A DNA stretch of 63,544 nt, the filler included, from Nitrospinota bacterium (lineage in GTDB: Bacteria > JAUXIQ01), in the NCBI GenBank assembly GCA_030620925.1. It is 8 parts of 8 records of this genome, joined end to end, with 100 filler letters (N's around TTAATTAATTAA, not from the genome) between each part and the next. Parts side by side here need not be neighbours in the genome. Positions count along the whole stretch, not along the records: positions 14,319 to 31,544 come from JAUXIQ010000007.1; 7 more parts are not named here. One strand, 5' to 3'. Below are positions 19,046-28,220 of the stretch, in pieces. The notes beneath the pieces are model-generated. The model had not been told where the DNA came from and searched no databases. It was given only the letters and a program-made list of their open reading frames with translations. The stretch's first letter is position 1; every line of letters begins with the position of its first letter. Made by a program: the position numbers and the translations under genes.

Positions 19046-20584
19046 TCAGACCAGCTTCTTGCCGGACATAAAAACCGACGGGATAAACGCCAGGGCGAAA
19101 GCTACGGTGATTAAAAAGAAGGAGTCTTGAAAAGCCGATACCAGGGCCTCCTTGCTCACAATGGTGCTCAGCACCATTATCGCCATTCCCTTAGCTTCGT
19201 AGCCCATGTGCCCTATGCTCTGGAAGTAGCGTTGAATCGAGCCCAGCGCCAGCATGGTAGCGTAGGAGGATGGGTCGTGATACTTGGCGGAGGAGACAAA
19301 ATGTACGAACTGTCTTTTCTCCAGCATGGTGCCTAAAATGGCGATGCCGAACATACCCCCCAGTGTCAGGTTCAGGCTCAGGATGCCGGAGGCCATGCGC
19401 GTCTTTTCCTGGGGCAGGTTTACCAGTGCGCCCGCCATCATGGGAGGAGCAGAGATGCCCAGGCCTATGCCCCGGAGGAGCATGATCATGGTTACGGCCA
19501 TGAAGGATACCCGGACGTCCAACAGGCCAAAAACGTAAGTGAAAAGGGCCCAGATGAAAAGACCCAGGAAGAGAGGTATTTTAATGCTCGAACGGTCCGT
19601 CAGCCATCCACCGAAATACGTGCAGGGAACGGCGATGGCCGCCCCGGGGATCATGGCGATCCCGGCCTTCATGATGGGATAGTCCAGAATGTTCTGCAAG
19701 TAGATGGGAATCAGGAAGTTTGTGCCGTAGAGACCGATACCCACCAGGAAATTTATTATCAAGGCCGCGGCGAAGTAGCGGTCGCCGGCCAGACGTATTT
19801 CTATAAGCGGATCGGGCTTACGCAGCTCCACTATTAAGAATATCGTGAAAGCCGCGGCAAAAATCATAAGTAGACGTAGTATATAGTCCGACCCCCACCC
19901 CTCCGTCTGCCCCTTGCTGAGGGCGATGAGGAGCGCGCTGACGAAAACGGTCAAAGTGATGAAACCTGCCACATCAAATTTTCCGACGGGCTGCTTCTCT
20001 TCCTTGGGGAAAAGGATGGAGGTCATTATCATGGCCAGTACGGCGGCCGGGACTATGGCATAAAATGCGAGGCGCCAGTTAAGCGATTCTGTGAGGAAGC
20101 CTCCCAGGGTGGGTCCGATGGCGGAGCCCACGTTTGCGCTCAACATCCACATGGCCACGGCCATGCCGCGTTTATTTTCCGGAAAGATACTGATGAGAAT
20201 GGCCAAGGACAGGGGGTAGACGACCCCGCCCCCGATTCCCTGGACGATCCTGAACGCTATCAGAGAGTCTATGTTCCATGACAGCCCGCACAAGACGGCC
20301 CCTATAGAGAACAACCCCAGCGACAGGATGTAGAGGTTCCGGTTGCCTACAACTCTACCCAGCCAGCCCACCATGGGCATCAGGACGGCCTGGGAGAGCA
20401 TGTATACGGTGATTATCCACTTGACCTTGTCCACGCCGGTCCCGAGGGAGGCCATGATCTCCGGGATGACTATGTTGACGATCGTGATATTGAGTATAGA
20501 GATGAAAGAGCCTATGAGAACGGCTATAGTGGGCCAGAGGAGTTCCCGCGTTCTACTTTGTTCTGCAGCTATTTGAACTTCCAT
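19046..20584 (-). CDS. DHA2 (EmrB/QacA) MFS transporter
   Basis: LNITIVNIVIP, WIITVYML, FRIVQGIGGG, IGPTLGGFLT; about 14 hydrophobic segments. Confidence 0.93.
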   Translation of the reverse strand: MEVQIAAEQSRTRELLWPTIAVLIGSFISILNITIVNIVIPEIMASLGTGVDKVKWIITVYMLSQAVLMPMVGWLGRVVGNRNLYILSLGLFSIGAVLCGLSWNIDSLIAFRIVQGIGGGVVYPLSLAILISIFPENKRGMAVAMWMLSANVGSAIGPTLGGFLTESLNWRLAFYAIVPAAVLAMIMTSILFPKEEKQPVGKFDVAGFITLTVFVSALLIALSKGQTEGWGSDYILRLLMIFAAAFTIFLIVELRKPDPLIEIRLAGDRYFAAALIINFLVGIGLYGTNFLIPIYLQNILDYPIMKAGIAMIPGAAIAVPCTYFGGWLTDRSSIKIPLFLGLFIWALFTYVFGLLDVRVSFMAVTMIMLLRGIGLGISAPPMMAGALVNLPQEKTRMASGILSLNLTLGGMFGIAILGTMLEKRQFVHFVSSAKYHDPSSYATMLALGSIQRYFQSIGHMGYEAKGMAIMVLSTIVSKEALVSAFQDSFFLITVAFALAFIPSVFMSGKKLV

Positions 20585-20640
20585 ATAGGAGTTTGTCTAT
20601 TGGTAATGAATGACGCGACCCCGTGCATCGCGAGACGCCC

Positions 20641-20660
20641 TATTAACTATAAAGTTAATA
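20641..20660. promoter_or_regulatory. Perfect 8-bp inverted repeat upstream of the MFS gene, candidate operator
   Basis: TATTAACT-ATAA-AGTTAATA. Confidence 0.35.
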
Positions 20661-20722
20661 GTCGGAGCTTCCCGCAGCGCATATCGTGCATCATGCATCC
20701 TGTATCAAGCGCTGTGCATCGT

Positions 20723-22345
20723 TTAATACTGTTTTTTGATCTCGTACCCTGCTTCCTCGCGGTCCCAGGTATCCGGGGTCACACCTTCTTCCTTGAGCTT
20801 AAACTTGCGCACGCGCTGGGTGCCGGTTTTCTCCAGCTCTTCCACGAACCTTATATAGCGCGGCACCATAAAATATGACATGTTTTCGGCGCAGTAATCT
20901 ATAATTTTTTCGGGGTTTATCTTTTGGTCCGGCTGGGGCACCACGGCTACCATCACCTCGTCTTCGGCGAGCTCTGAGGGGACGCCGAATGCCGCGGACT
21001 CCAACACCTGGGGGTGTTTGTTCACCACCTTTTCTATTTCGTAGGAGGAGATGTTTTCGCCGCGCCTGCGCATGCAGTCGTTTTTCCTGTCCACGAAATA
21101 GAAGAAGCCTTCTTCATCGTAATACGCCAGGTCGCCGGTGTGCAGCCAACCCCCTTTGGTCTTCTCCACGGTGGCTTCCGGATTCTTATAGTATTCGTAA
21201 AATCTGAGGTTGGGGTCGGCGGGCTTGCCCACGAGCTCTCCGACCTGGTTCGACCCCAGGGGGTTGTCGTTATCATCGAATACCTTCATATCCCAAATGA
21301 GCGTGGGACTGCCCATGGCCCCCACGCGGCCGTCAAGGTGGTTGAGCAGAAGGCCCCCTTCAGTTTGAGCGTAGAGTTCAAAGATTTTTACACCGAAGCG
21401 CTGCTCAAAATCCTTCCAGAAATTCTTGGGGGCGGCGGCACTAATGACTATTTCCACCGGGTTATCGGCGTCGTTTTCCTTTTTCGGCTGGTTGCACAGG
21501 ATGGGTATCATGGCTCCCAGGGTCATCGTCCAGCGAGTGTTGTGGGTTTTCGTATCCTCCCAGTAGCGGCTGGCGCTGAACCTCTCGGCGATGGCCACTC
21601 GTCCGCTGGCGCATACCGGCATCCAGAAACAGGCCTGGGCGCTGATGTGAAAGAGAGGCAGGGAGGTATAGAAAGCTGCCCCCTCCTCTACTCCCAGCAC
21701 GGGATTCAGGAGCATGGAGCCGAGCGCGCGGGAATGCTGATAGTGGACTCCCTTGGGCAAGCCCGTGGTGCCTGAGGTATACATGATGGATTCGTAATCG
21801 TCGGGGGTGATGTCTACCTGCGGGTTGCCCGTTTCGCCCTGCAACAAGGTCTGGTAGGTGATGGAGTCTTCGGGGAAGCTGAAATCTTCTCCCGCCCCGG
21901 TAGGTTCTATTATGAGCCGTTTGATGTTCTTCAGGTCTTTTGCTATCTCGAGGTATGAATCGAGGTAGCGGTGGCTGATTATCATGGTTTCTGCGTCGGA
22001 ATGATTTACAATGTAGGAAAAGCCTTCCCCTTTGAGAGCGGTGTTCAGGGGTACGTTCACCGCCCCCATTTTGCAAAGGCCCATCCAGGTATAAATTGAC
22101 GCGGGGCTGTTGGGGAGCATTACGCAGACCTTGTCGTCTTTATTAATACCCAGGGCGGCTAAACTGTGAGCGACCTGATTGGCTCTTTCGTTGACTTCAC
22201 GGTAGGATATATTTTGATCCTGATAGGTGATGAGAATCTTTTCGTCGTTCTCTGCCGCCCTGTCCTCAAAAACGCGCTTGAATGTCAATCCCTCCGGATT
22301 TATCTTTTCTATGGCTTCCATAAGGAGTTTATCTCTATCCTGCAT
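20723..22345 (-). CDS. AMP-binding CoA ligase (crotonobetaine/carnitine-CoA ligase CaiC-like)
   Basis: YTSGTTGLPKG, LPLFH, FSASRYW, YAQTEG, LHTGDLA, DRKNDCMRRRGENISS. Confidence 0.93.
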   Translation of the reverse strand: MQDRDKLLMEAIEKINPEGLTFKRVFEDRAAENDEKILITYQDQNISYREVNERANQVAHSLAALGINKDDKVCVMLPNSPASIYTWMGLCKMGAVNVPLNTALKGEGFSYIVNHSDAETMIISHRYLDSYLEIAKDLKNIKRLIIEPTGAGEDFSFPEDSITYQTLLQGETGNPQVDITPDDYESIMYTSGTTGLPKGVHYQHSRALGSMLLNPVLGVEEGAAFYTSLPLFHISAQACFWMPVCASGRVAIAERFSASRYWEDTKTHNTRWTMTLGAMIPILCNQPKKENDADNPVEIVISAAAPKNFWKDFEQRFGVKIFELYAQTEGGLLLNHLDGRVGAMGSPTLIWDMKVFDDNDNPLGSNQVGELVGKPADPNLRFYEYYKNPEATVEKTKGGWLHTGDLAYYDEEGFFYFVDRKNDCMRRRGENISSYEIEKVVNKHPQVLESAAFGVPSELAEDEVMVAVVPQPDQKINPEKIIDYCAENMSYFMVPRYIRFVEELEKTGTQRVRKFKLKEEGVTPDTWDREEAGYEIKKQY

Positions 22346-22556
22346 ATTCTTTCTCCCACTGCATGAGATGTAAATATGGCTTCGACTCTTTTGGGCAGAT
22401 ATTATATGAAAAATGGAGTATAAACAAGGATAAATAGGACGGGGACATGAATATTATGCTCGACCTCAACGGCCGCAGATTATAAAATTGATTTAGTCTA
22501 TTTCGAGTTGTTTATCTTATGCGGCTGTGGTATTAGAGGTTGTGGCTGTGTATAAT

Positions 22557-22582
22557 GAATAATCACGATTTATGGGCGTCTA
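22557..22582 (+). promoter_or_regulatory. Putative ECF-sigma promoter (autoregulatory), copy 1
   Basis: GAATAA-N13-GCGTCTA, 5 nt before ATG 22588; same motif and spacing at 24165. Confidence 0.6.
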
Positions 22583-22587
22583 ATGAT

Positions 22588-23193
22588 ATGGCGGCGTCTG
22601 TCGATGCAGAAGATAAAGAATTAATCCTCAGGTGCAAGAAGGGAGATATCGAAGCCTTCCGGGGGTTATTTGAAAAATATCAGGGCCGCAACTACGCCGT
22701 GGCTTACGGCATAATAAGAAACCGGGAAGACGCCCTGGAAGTTTCGCAGGAAGCGTTTATAAAGGCGTACAGGTCCATAAAGAGTTTCCGCGGGAGGTCC
22801 AGTTTCGGCACGTGGTTGTTTAGAATAACCACCAACAAGGCCATAGATTTCCTGAGGAGAAACAAGAAGCATAAAAACCTGGAAATTAAAGACTTGAACA
22901 GTATCGCATCTAATGAAATCACAGAACATAAATTACTCGACCACAGGAGGGACCCTGGGGAGACGCTGGCCGACAAAGAGCTGGGAAAAGAGATAGAACG
23001 GGCTCTGGACAAACTCCCCCCAAAGCAGCGGGCGGTAATAATACTCAGGGAAGTGGAAGGACTCTCCTACGAAGAGATCAGCAAGACTTTGGGATGCCCC
23101 AGGGGGACTGTGATGTCCCGATTGCATGGAGCGCGCATTAAGCTCCGGGAATTGCTTCAAGGGCATCTCGAAGAGGGAGATGAAGTGCTATGA
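22588..23193 (+). CDS. ECF RNA polymerase sigma factor (RpoE/SigW-like)
   Basis: DALEVSQEAFIKAY, FRGRSSFGTWLFRITTN, LREVEGLSYEEI, GTVMSRLHGAR. Confidence 0.95.
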   Translation: MAASVDAEDKELILRCKKGDIEAFRGLFEKYQGRNYAVAYGIIRNREDALEVSQEAFIKAYRSIKSFRGRSSFGTWLFRITTNKAIDFLRRNKKHKNLEIKDLNSIASNEITEHKLLDHRRDPGETLADKELGKEIERALDKLPPKQRAVIILREVEGLSYEEISKTLGCPRGTVMSRLHGARIKLRELLQGHLEEGDEVL

Positions 23194-23693
23194 ACTGCAA
23201 GAGAACGCAACGGTTTTTAGACCGCTACCTGGACGGCGAGCTGGCACGTGATGCGTCTCTCAGCGTGGAAGAGCACGTGAACGGTTGCCCCGATTGCGGC
23301 GAGTATCTGAAGAGCGCTCGAAGCACAGGCCGCATCATAAGGGAAGCCGCCCAGGCGAACCACACCGACTTGATTTTATCCGATCGGGCCTGGGACAGTT
23401 TTAAGGAGAGCGTGAATCAGAAAGAACGGCTCTTCAACGCCGGCACTCTGATAAACTGCTGGCGATGGCTGGCTTTTTACCCCAGGCCGATATGGGCCTC
23501 CGCAATCGCCGCCACAGCCCTGTTGGTGGTTTTCACCACTGCCGGCATGGTCAGCTACCAGGGCTCAAAAAACATTCATCCCGTGGTAGAGTACGTGGAT
23601 AGCCCTTCATCGCAGGTGATGGTCCTAATGCCGGAACAGAGCCCGGTAACCGTGATCTGGGTTTTTGAAAAAAGTGATGCCCAGGAAGGTTGA
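23190..23693 (+). CDS. Zinc-finger (zf-HC2) transmembrane anti-sigma factor
   Basis: MNC..YLDGEL..HVNGCPDC (HxxxCxxC), one TM helix; ATGA overlap with the sigma gene. Confidence 0.9.
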   Translation: MNCKRTQRFLDRYLDGELARDASLSVEEHVNGCPDCGEYLKSARSTGRIIREAAQANHTDLILSDRAWDSFKESVNQKERLFNAGTLINCWRWLAFYPRPIWASAIAATALLVVFTTAGMVSYQGSKNIHPVVEYVDSPSSQVMVLMPEQSPVTVIWVFEKSDAQEG

Positions 23694-24147
23694 TTATAGC
23701 TTGAGAAAAAAAACCATCTCGCTGATTGTTGTATTGGTTGCTCTGATGTTTGCTGCGGTTGGAGTCGCTTCCGGGGTAGAGCGAGTGAACGTGGAGGTTG
23801 AGGTTATCTACGCCTCCAACCAGCCTCATCCAACAGAGCCGAGCCTCTCCCGCCTTAAGATTCAATTGCAGTCCTTCAATTTCACTTCTTATACCCTCCT
23901 TGAGAAAAAAAGGATGGTGCTTTCCCGCGGTAACGAGGGAAAGTTGAGTATCCCCGGAAAGAAATATTTGAAAATTGAGCTGGAGGAAGTTATTAAAGGT
24001 CAAGTCAAGCTCAAGGTCGTAGTTTTAGACCGCCGCCGGGTTCTCTTGACCACGATGTTCAGGATTTCCCCGGGCCAAACCGTTCTCGTGGGCGGGCCCA
24101 GGTATGAGAGCGGCACCCTCATCATTGCCATAAAAGCCGACTTCTAA
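23677..24147 (+). CDS. Exported hypothetical protein, third gene of the ECF operon
   Basis: Overlaps anti-sigma stop; signal peptide; beta-rich body ending TVLVGGP..GTLIIAI. Confidence 0.7.
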   Translation: MPRKVDYSLRKKTISLIVVLVALMFAAVGVASGVERVNVEVEVIYASNQPHPTEPSLSRLKIQLQSFNFTSYTLLEKKRMVLSRGNEGKLSIPGKKYLKIELEEVIKGQVKLKVVVLDRRRVLLTTMFRISPGQTVLVGGPRYESGTLIIAIKADF

Positions 24148-24164
24148 AATCCCTCTGCAAGTTA

Positions 24165-24190
24165 GAATAAACGAGCTACACCTGCGTCTA
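24165..24190 (+). promoter_or_regulatory. Putative ECF-sigma promoter, copy 2
   Basis: GAATAA-N13-GCGTCTA upstream of the ORF at 24247. Confidence 0.6.
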
Positions 24191-24246
24191 TATGAGTAGA
24201 GAGGGAAAGCTCGCAGCATTGCATTTGATGTGAAGGAGAAGAAAAA

Positions 24247-24630
24247 ATGGCGAAGTTGCTTTTAATCCCCGTTCTGGCACTGGGGTTGGGTTTAGCGTTT
24301 GCCGTAGAAGCCAAAGCCTGGACTTTCAGCTTCCAGTACTCCGTTGAGCCGGGGTATCTATTCGTGGATGAACATGGCCTCCGGCACCAAGGAGGTTACT
24401 CCGGTTTTACCTACTCTTACCACGACTATGGCCGTTACCCCCCCTACTACAAGCCGTACTACCGCAACAGGCCATACGGGTATCGTTACTACAGGGACTA
24501 TGGCCCCCGCTTCCAGTACAGGTATTACAACGGGTGGAAGAATTGGTCGAAGCACGGGCACGAGCGCCGGCATCATAGAGGCGGAGGAGACCACTTTCCT
24601 TCGCATAGGCCCCGCCATCGGTACAGGTAG
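24247..24630 (+). CDS. Exported Tyr/Arg/His-rich low-complexity protein
   Basis: AAGGAG RBS; signal peptide ending AKA; YYKPYYRNRPYGYRYYRDYG and His-rich tail. Confidence 0.7.
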   Translation: MAKLLLIPVLALGLGLAFAVEAKAWTFSFQYSVEPGYLFVDEHGLRHQGGYSGFTYSYHDYGRYPPYYKPYYRNRPYGYRYYRDYGPRFQYRYYNGWKNWSKHGHERRHHRGGGDHFPSHRPRHRYR

Positions 24631-24678
24631 GGAGTCCACCGAACGGCTCCGGTAGAGAGAGGAAAAGGGCTGGCCATT

Positions 24679-25890
24679 TCAGGTCAACAGCCTGGTCTTG
24701 TAGCCCTGTTTCTTTAACAGTTTCAGGATGCGCTTGAGATGTTCTGAACCCCTGGTCTCAAGATCGATCTCTACCTTGGCCTTCTCCAGGGAAACTTCTT
24801 TGCCCATCCTGTCGTGATAAATCTGCAGAATGTTGCCTCGCTCTCCCGCCAGCAGCGATAGGAGCTTTGCCAGCGAGCCTGGTACGTCGTCTATCTCCAC
24901 GACCATCCTCATCAGCCGTCCGTCTCTCAAGAGACCTTTTTCGATTATGCGTTCTACTATATTTACATCTATGTTTCCACCGCTTATGAGAGCGCACACC
25001 CTGCGCCCTTTAACCGAAACCTTATTATGCAGCAATGAAGCGAGAGAGACAGCGCCTGCTCCTTCCGCCATCACCTTCTCGCTTTCCATGAGGAAAAGGA
25101 TGGTGGAGGCGATCTCCTTCTCGTCGACGGTTACCACCTCATCCACGTATCTTTGTATCAAGGGAAACGTCTGGCTCCCCGGCGCCTGTACCGCTATGCC
25201 GTCCGCCAGAGTATGCGTCCAGGGGATTTCCACCGGTTCCCCTTTTTTAAGCGAGAGGGCCGCGGCGGCGGCGTTGGCCGCCTGCACACCGATAATTTTT
25301 ATCTCAGGCGCTGACTCCTTTATGGCGGCGGCTATTCCGGCTATCAGTCCGCCACCGCCGATGGGCACCAGCACCGTCTCCGGGGTGTCCGGCTCAGAGA
25401 GCAATTCCAGGCCTATGGTTCCTTGACCGGCCATCACCGCAGGGTCGTCGAAGGCGTGCACGAAGGTGAGCCGCCGATCCTCAGAGATTTCCAGTGCGTG
25501 AGCCTTAGCTTCGTCGAAACTGGTCCCGAACAATACCACCTCCGCTCCCAGGGCGCGTGTGGCGTTGTATTTGGTAATGGAGCATTGTTCGGGCATCACT
25601 ACCAGGCATCGAGTACCGAAAGTGGCAGCGGCCATGGCCAGCCCCTGGGCGTGGTTTCCCGCCGAAGCGGTTATCACACCCTTTTCCATCTGCTTCCTGG
25701 TTAAGCATGAAATCTTATTGTAGGCGCCGCGAATTTTGAAAGAACCGGTTTTCTGAAGGTTCTCCAGCTTCAGATAAACCTCCAGGCCGGTGGTCCGGGA
25801 GGAGAGGTCTGAATATACGATGGGTGTAGGCCTGATTACCCCCCGCAGCCTGCGTTGAGCGCTTCTTATGTCTTTTAAGGATAGGGTCAT
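24679..25890 (-). CDS. ilvA: Threonine ammonia-lyase with C-terminal ACT domain
   Basis: LKLENLQKTGSFKIRGA (PLP Lys), ASAGNHAQG, GQGTIGLE, IGGGGLI, ISGGNID, DVPGSL. Confidence 0.93.
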   Translation of the reverse strand: MTLSLKDIRSAQRRLRGVIRPTPIVYSDLSSRTTGLEVYLKLENLQKTGSFKIRGAYNKISCLTRKQMEKGVITASAGNHAQGLAMAAATFGTRCLVVMPEQCSITKYNATRALGAEVVLFGTSFDEAKAHALEISEDRRLTFVHAFDDPAVMAGQGTIGLELLSEPDTPETVLVPIGGGGLIAGIAAAIKESAPEIKIIGVQAANAAAAALSLKKGEPVEIPWTHTLADGIAVQAPGSQTFPLIQRYVDEVVTVDEKEIASTILFLMESEKVMAEGAGAVSLASLLHNKVSVKGRRVCALISGGNIDVNIVERIIEKGLLRDGRLMRMVVEIDDVPGSLAKLLSLLAGERGNILQIYHDRMGKEVSLEKAKVEIDLETRGSEHLKRILKLLKKQGYKTRLLT

Positions 25891-26040
25891 GGTATTACCC
25901 TGAGGGGAAAAGTGAGACCATGTTTCTGCTCTATCGCTGTATCAGGCGATTATATTATACATTCACATAACGTATTGATAGTATTATTAATGATAGAGCC
26001 CGTTCGCTGACGGATAGTGAACTTGTTAACCCGACTCGCG

Positions 26041-27387
26041 ATGAGTTTTACAGCCATGAATGAGCTCAGGCGGAAAGCGGAGAGAGTTCTGAAAACCCTG
26101 GTGGACGAGGGGTTCGAAGCCTATTTCAGTGGCGGCTGCGTCAGAGATATGGTGATGAACCTTGAACCCCAGGACTACGATATAGCCACGAATGCCACCC
26201 CACAGGAGGTTGCACGTATTTTCCCGCGCTCGCACAACGTTGGCGCACAGTTCGGAGTAGTGGTAGTGGTTGAAGAGGATGAGCGGTTCGAAGTCGCCAC
26301 CTTCAGGTCCGACCATGGTTACGCAGACGGCCGCCACCCGGACAGTGTGGTTTATACTGAAGCCCGCGAGGACGTGAAGCGGCGCGACTTTACCATCAAC
26401 GGCATGCTCTATCAGCCCTTGACGGGCGAACTCCTCGACCTGGTGGGCGGTAGAGAGGACATAGATGCCAGGATGGTGCGCACAATAGGCGAGCCCGAAA
26501 AACGCTTCAGCGAGGACAAGCTGAGGATGATGCGCGCAGTAAGGTTCGCCGTGCAGCTGGACTTTTCTGTTGATGAGGCCACTTTCCAGGCCATCGGGAA
26601 ACTCGCACCGGAAATCCTCCAGGTGAGCTGGGAGCGGATAAGGGACGAGTTGCTCAAAATATTAACTGGTTCGCAGGCCGCCCGGGGGATGATCCTGCTG
26701 GATGAGACGGGCCTTTTAGAGTCCATCCTGCCCGAGATAACCGCCCTCAAAGGCGTCCAGCAGCCGCCGGAGTTCCATCCCGAGGGAGACGTATGGAACC
26801 ACGTGATGAAGATGCTCGAAAACATGCATAACCCTTCGTCGGTGCTTGCCCTGTCGGTTCTGTTGCATGACGCGGGAAAACCTGAAACATACTCCGAAGA
26901 GGATCGTATCCGTTTTGACAATCATACAAAGGTGGGTGAACGGATAGCGGAAGAAGTCTGTCGACGACTCCGGCTCTCTCGCCAGGAGACGGAGACCGTG
27001 AAGTCTCTTGTGGCGCAGCACCTCCGCTTCATGCACGTCAGAGATATGAGGCAGGGGAAACTGAAGAGGTTCTTGCTTGGGCCGCTCTTCAACGAACACC
27101 TGGAGCTGCACCGGCTGGACTGCATCGGAAGCCATGAGGATCTTAGCATTTATCAGTTTTGCCTGGACAAGCTGAAAGAGTACGAAAGGGAGGTGCCACC
27201 GCAAAAACCACTCATCAACGGAGATGACCTCATAGCCCTGGGTTTTACCCCGTCACCACTGTTCAAGGAAATTCTTGCCGAGGCGGAAGACGCTCAACTG
27301 GAGGGGACGATTACTTCCGCGGAAGAGGCGCGAGAATTGGTGCTGAAAAAATTCGGCCATCTGTTGCCCAGGGGGAAAAGTTCCTGA
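26041..27387 (+). CDS. Class II tRNA nucleotidyltransferase (CCA-adding/poly(A) polymerase family) with HD domain; start uncertain (26017/26041/26056)
   Basis: GGCVRD..DYDIAT, EVATFR, RRDFTING, RFSEDKLRMMRAVRF, HPEGDV..H, LLHDAGK. Confidence 0.92.
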   Translation: MSFTAMNELRRKAERVLKTLVDEGFEAYFSGGCVRDMVMNLEPQDYDIATNATPQEVARIFPRSHNVGAQFGVVVVVEEDERFEVATFRSDHGYADGRHPDSVVYTEAREDVKRRDFTINGMLYQPLTGELLDLVGGREDIDARMVRTIGEPEKRFSEDKLRMMRAVRFAVQLDFSVDEATFQAIGKLAPEILQVSWERIRDELLKILTGSQAARGMILLDETGLLESILPEITALKGVQQPPEFHPEGDVWNHVMKMLENMHNPSSVLALSVLLHDAGKPETYSEEDRIRFDNHTKVGERIAEEVCRRLRLSRQETETVKSLVAQHLRFMHVRDMRQGKLKRFLLGPLFNEHLELHRLDCIGSHEDLSIYQFCLDKLKEYEREVPPQKPLINGDDLIALGFTPSPLFKEILAEAEDAQLEGTITSAEEARELVLKKFGHLLPRGKSS

Positions 27388-27513
27388 TCCTTCATCTATC
27401 GCGGTTTTAGATGCGTTTCCTTTATTCGTTCCCAGGTAAATTTTCGCCCTGTGTGGTAAAAGGTTGTTTCGTGTTGTTATGATAAGATTCAACAATCATT
27501 AAGGGAAGGGGAA

Positions 27514-28143
27514 ATGGAAATAAAAAAAGCCATAGAAGAGAGGAGGACAATTCGTAAATTCAAGCACGACGAGCCTGTCCCCGATGAAAGCCTTCTCGAA
27601 CTGATGGAAGCAGCGAGGCTGGCCCCTTCGGGGGGGAACTTGCAGCCCTGGCGCTTCATTATCGTGAGGGATCAAGAGACCAAACGGAAGATAGCAGAGG
27701 TATCCGGCGACCAGCCCTTCATTATAGAAGCACCGGTGCTTATCGTATGCTGTGGAGACCTGCGCGCACTGAGGGATCGGCCCAAGGCCATGAGAGAACT
27801 GGTGAACGCAGGTGCCCTGGAGCGTGTGCCCCAGTCTATTCTGGATGAGATTATTGCTTCTACCGAGCAGATGTACGGCACCGACCTGCACACCCGAGGC
27901 GCAATCAGTAACTGTTATATAGCCATCGCTTTTATGGTCCTTCAAGCCATGGAGCTGGGGCTGGGAACCGCCTGGATCGGTTACTTCGATCAGGATAAGC
28001 TGAAGGCTCTACTGGAGATTCCTCCCGATGACGTGATGGTGGCATCGCTTCTGGCAGTTGGGTATCAGAACGAGCATCCCAGGCAGCGGCCGCGAAAGAA
28101 GCTGGAAGAAATTATGTTCATGGAAAGGTGGGGAGGGAAGTAG
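27514..28143 (+). CDS. Nitroreductase-family FMN oxidoreductase
   Basis: RRTIRKF, ARLAPSGGNLQPWRF, LGLGTAWIG, RPRK. Confidence 0.93.
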   Translation: MEIKKAIEERRTIRKFKHDEPVPDESLLELMEAARLAPSGGNLQPWRFIIVRDQETKRKIAEVSGDQPFIIEAPVLIVCCGDLRALRDRPKAMRELVNAGALERVPQSILDEIIASTEQMYGTDLHTRGAISNCYIAIAFMVLQAMELGLGTAWIGYFDQDKLKALLEIPPDDVMVASLLAVGYQNEHPRQRPRKKLEEIMFMERWGGK

Positions 28144-28220
28144 GTATTCCGGGAGCAGTATGGCTTGAAGTGATTTGAAAAAGGGTAGGGGACTTTCCAA
28201 AAGGCTCAGGAGGAAGCGGT

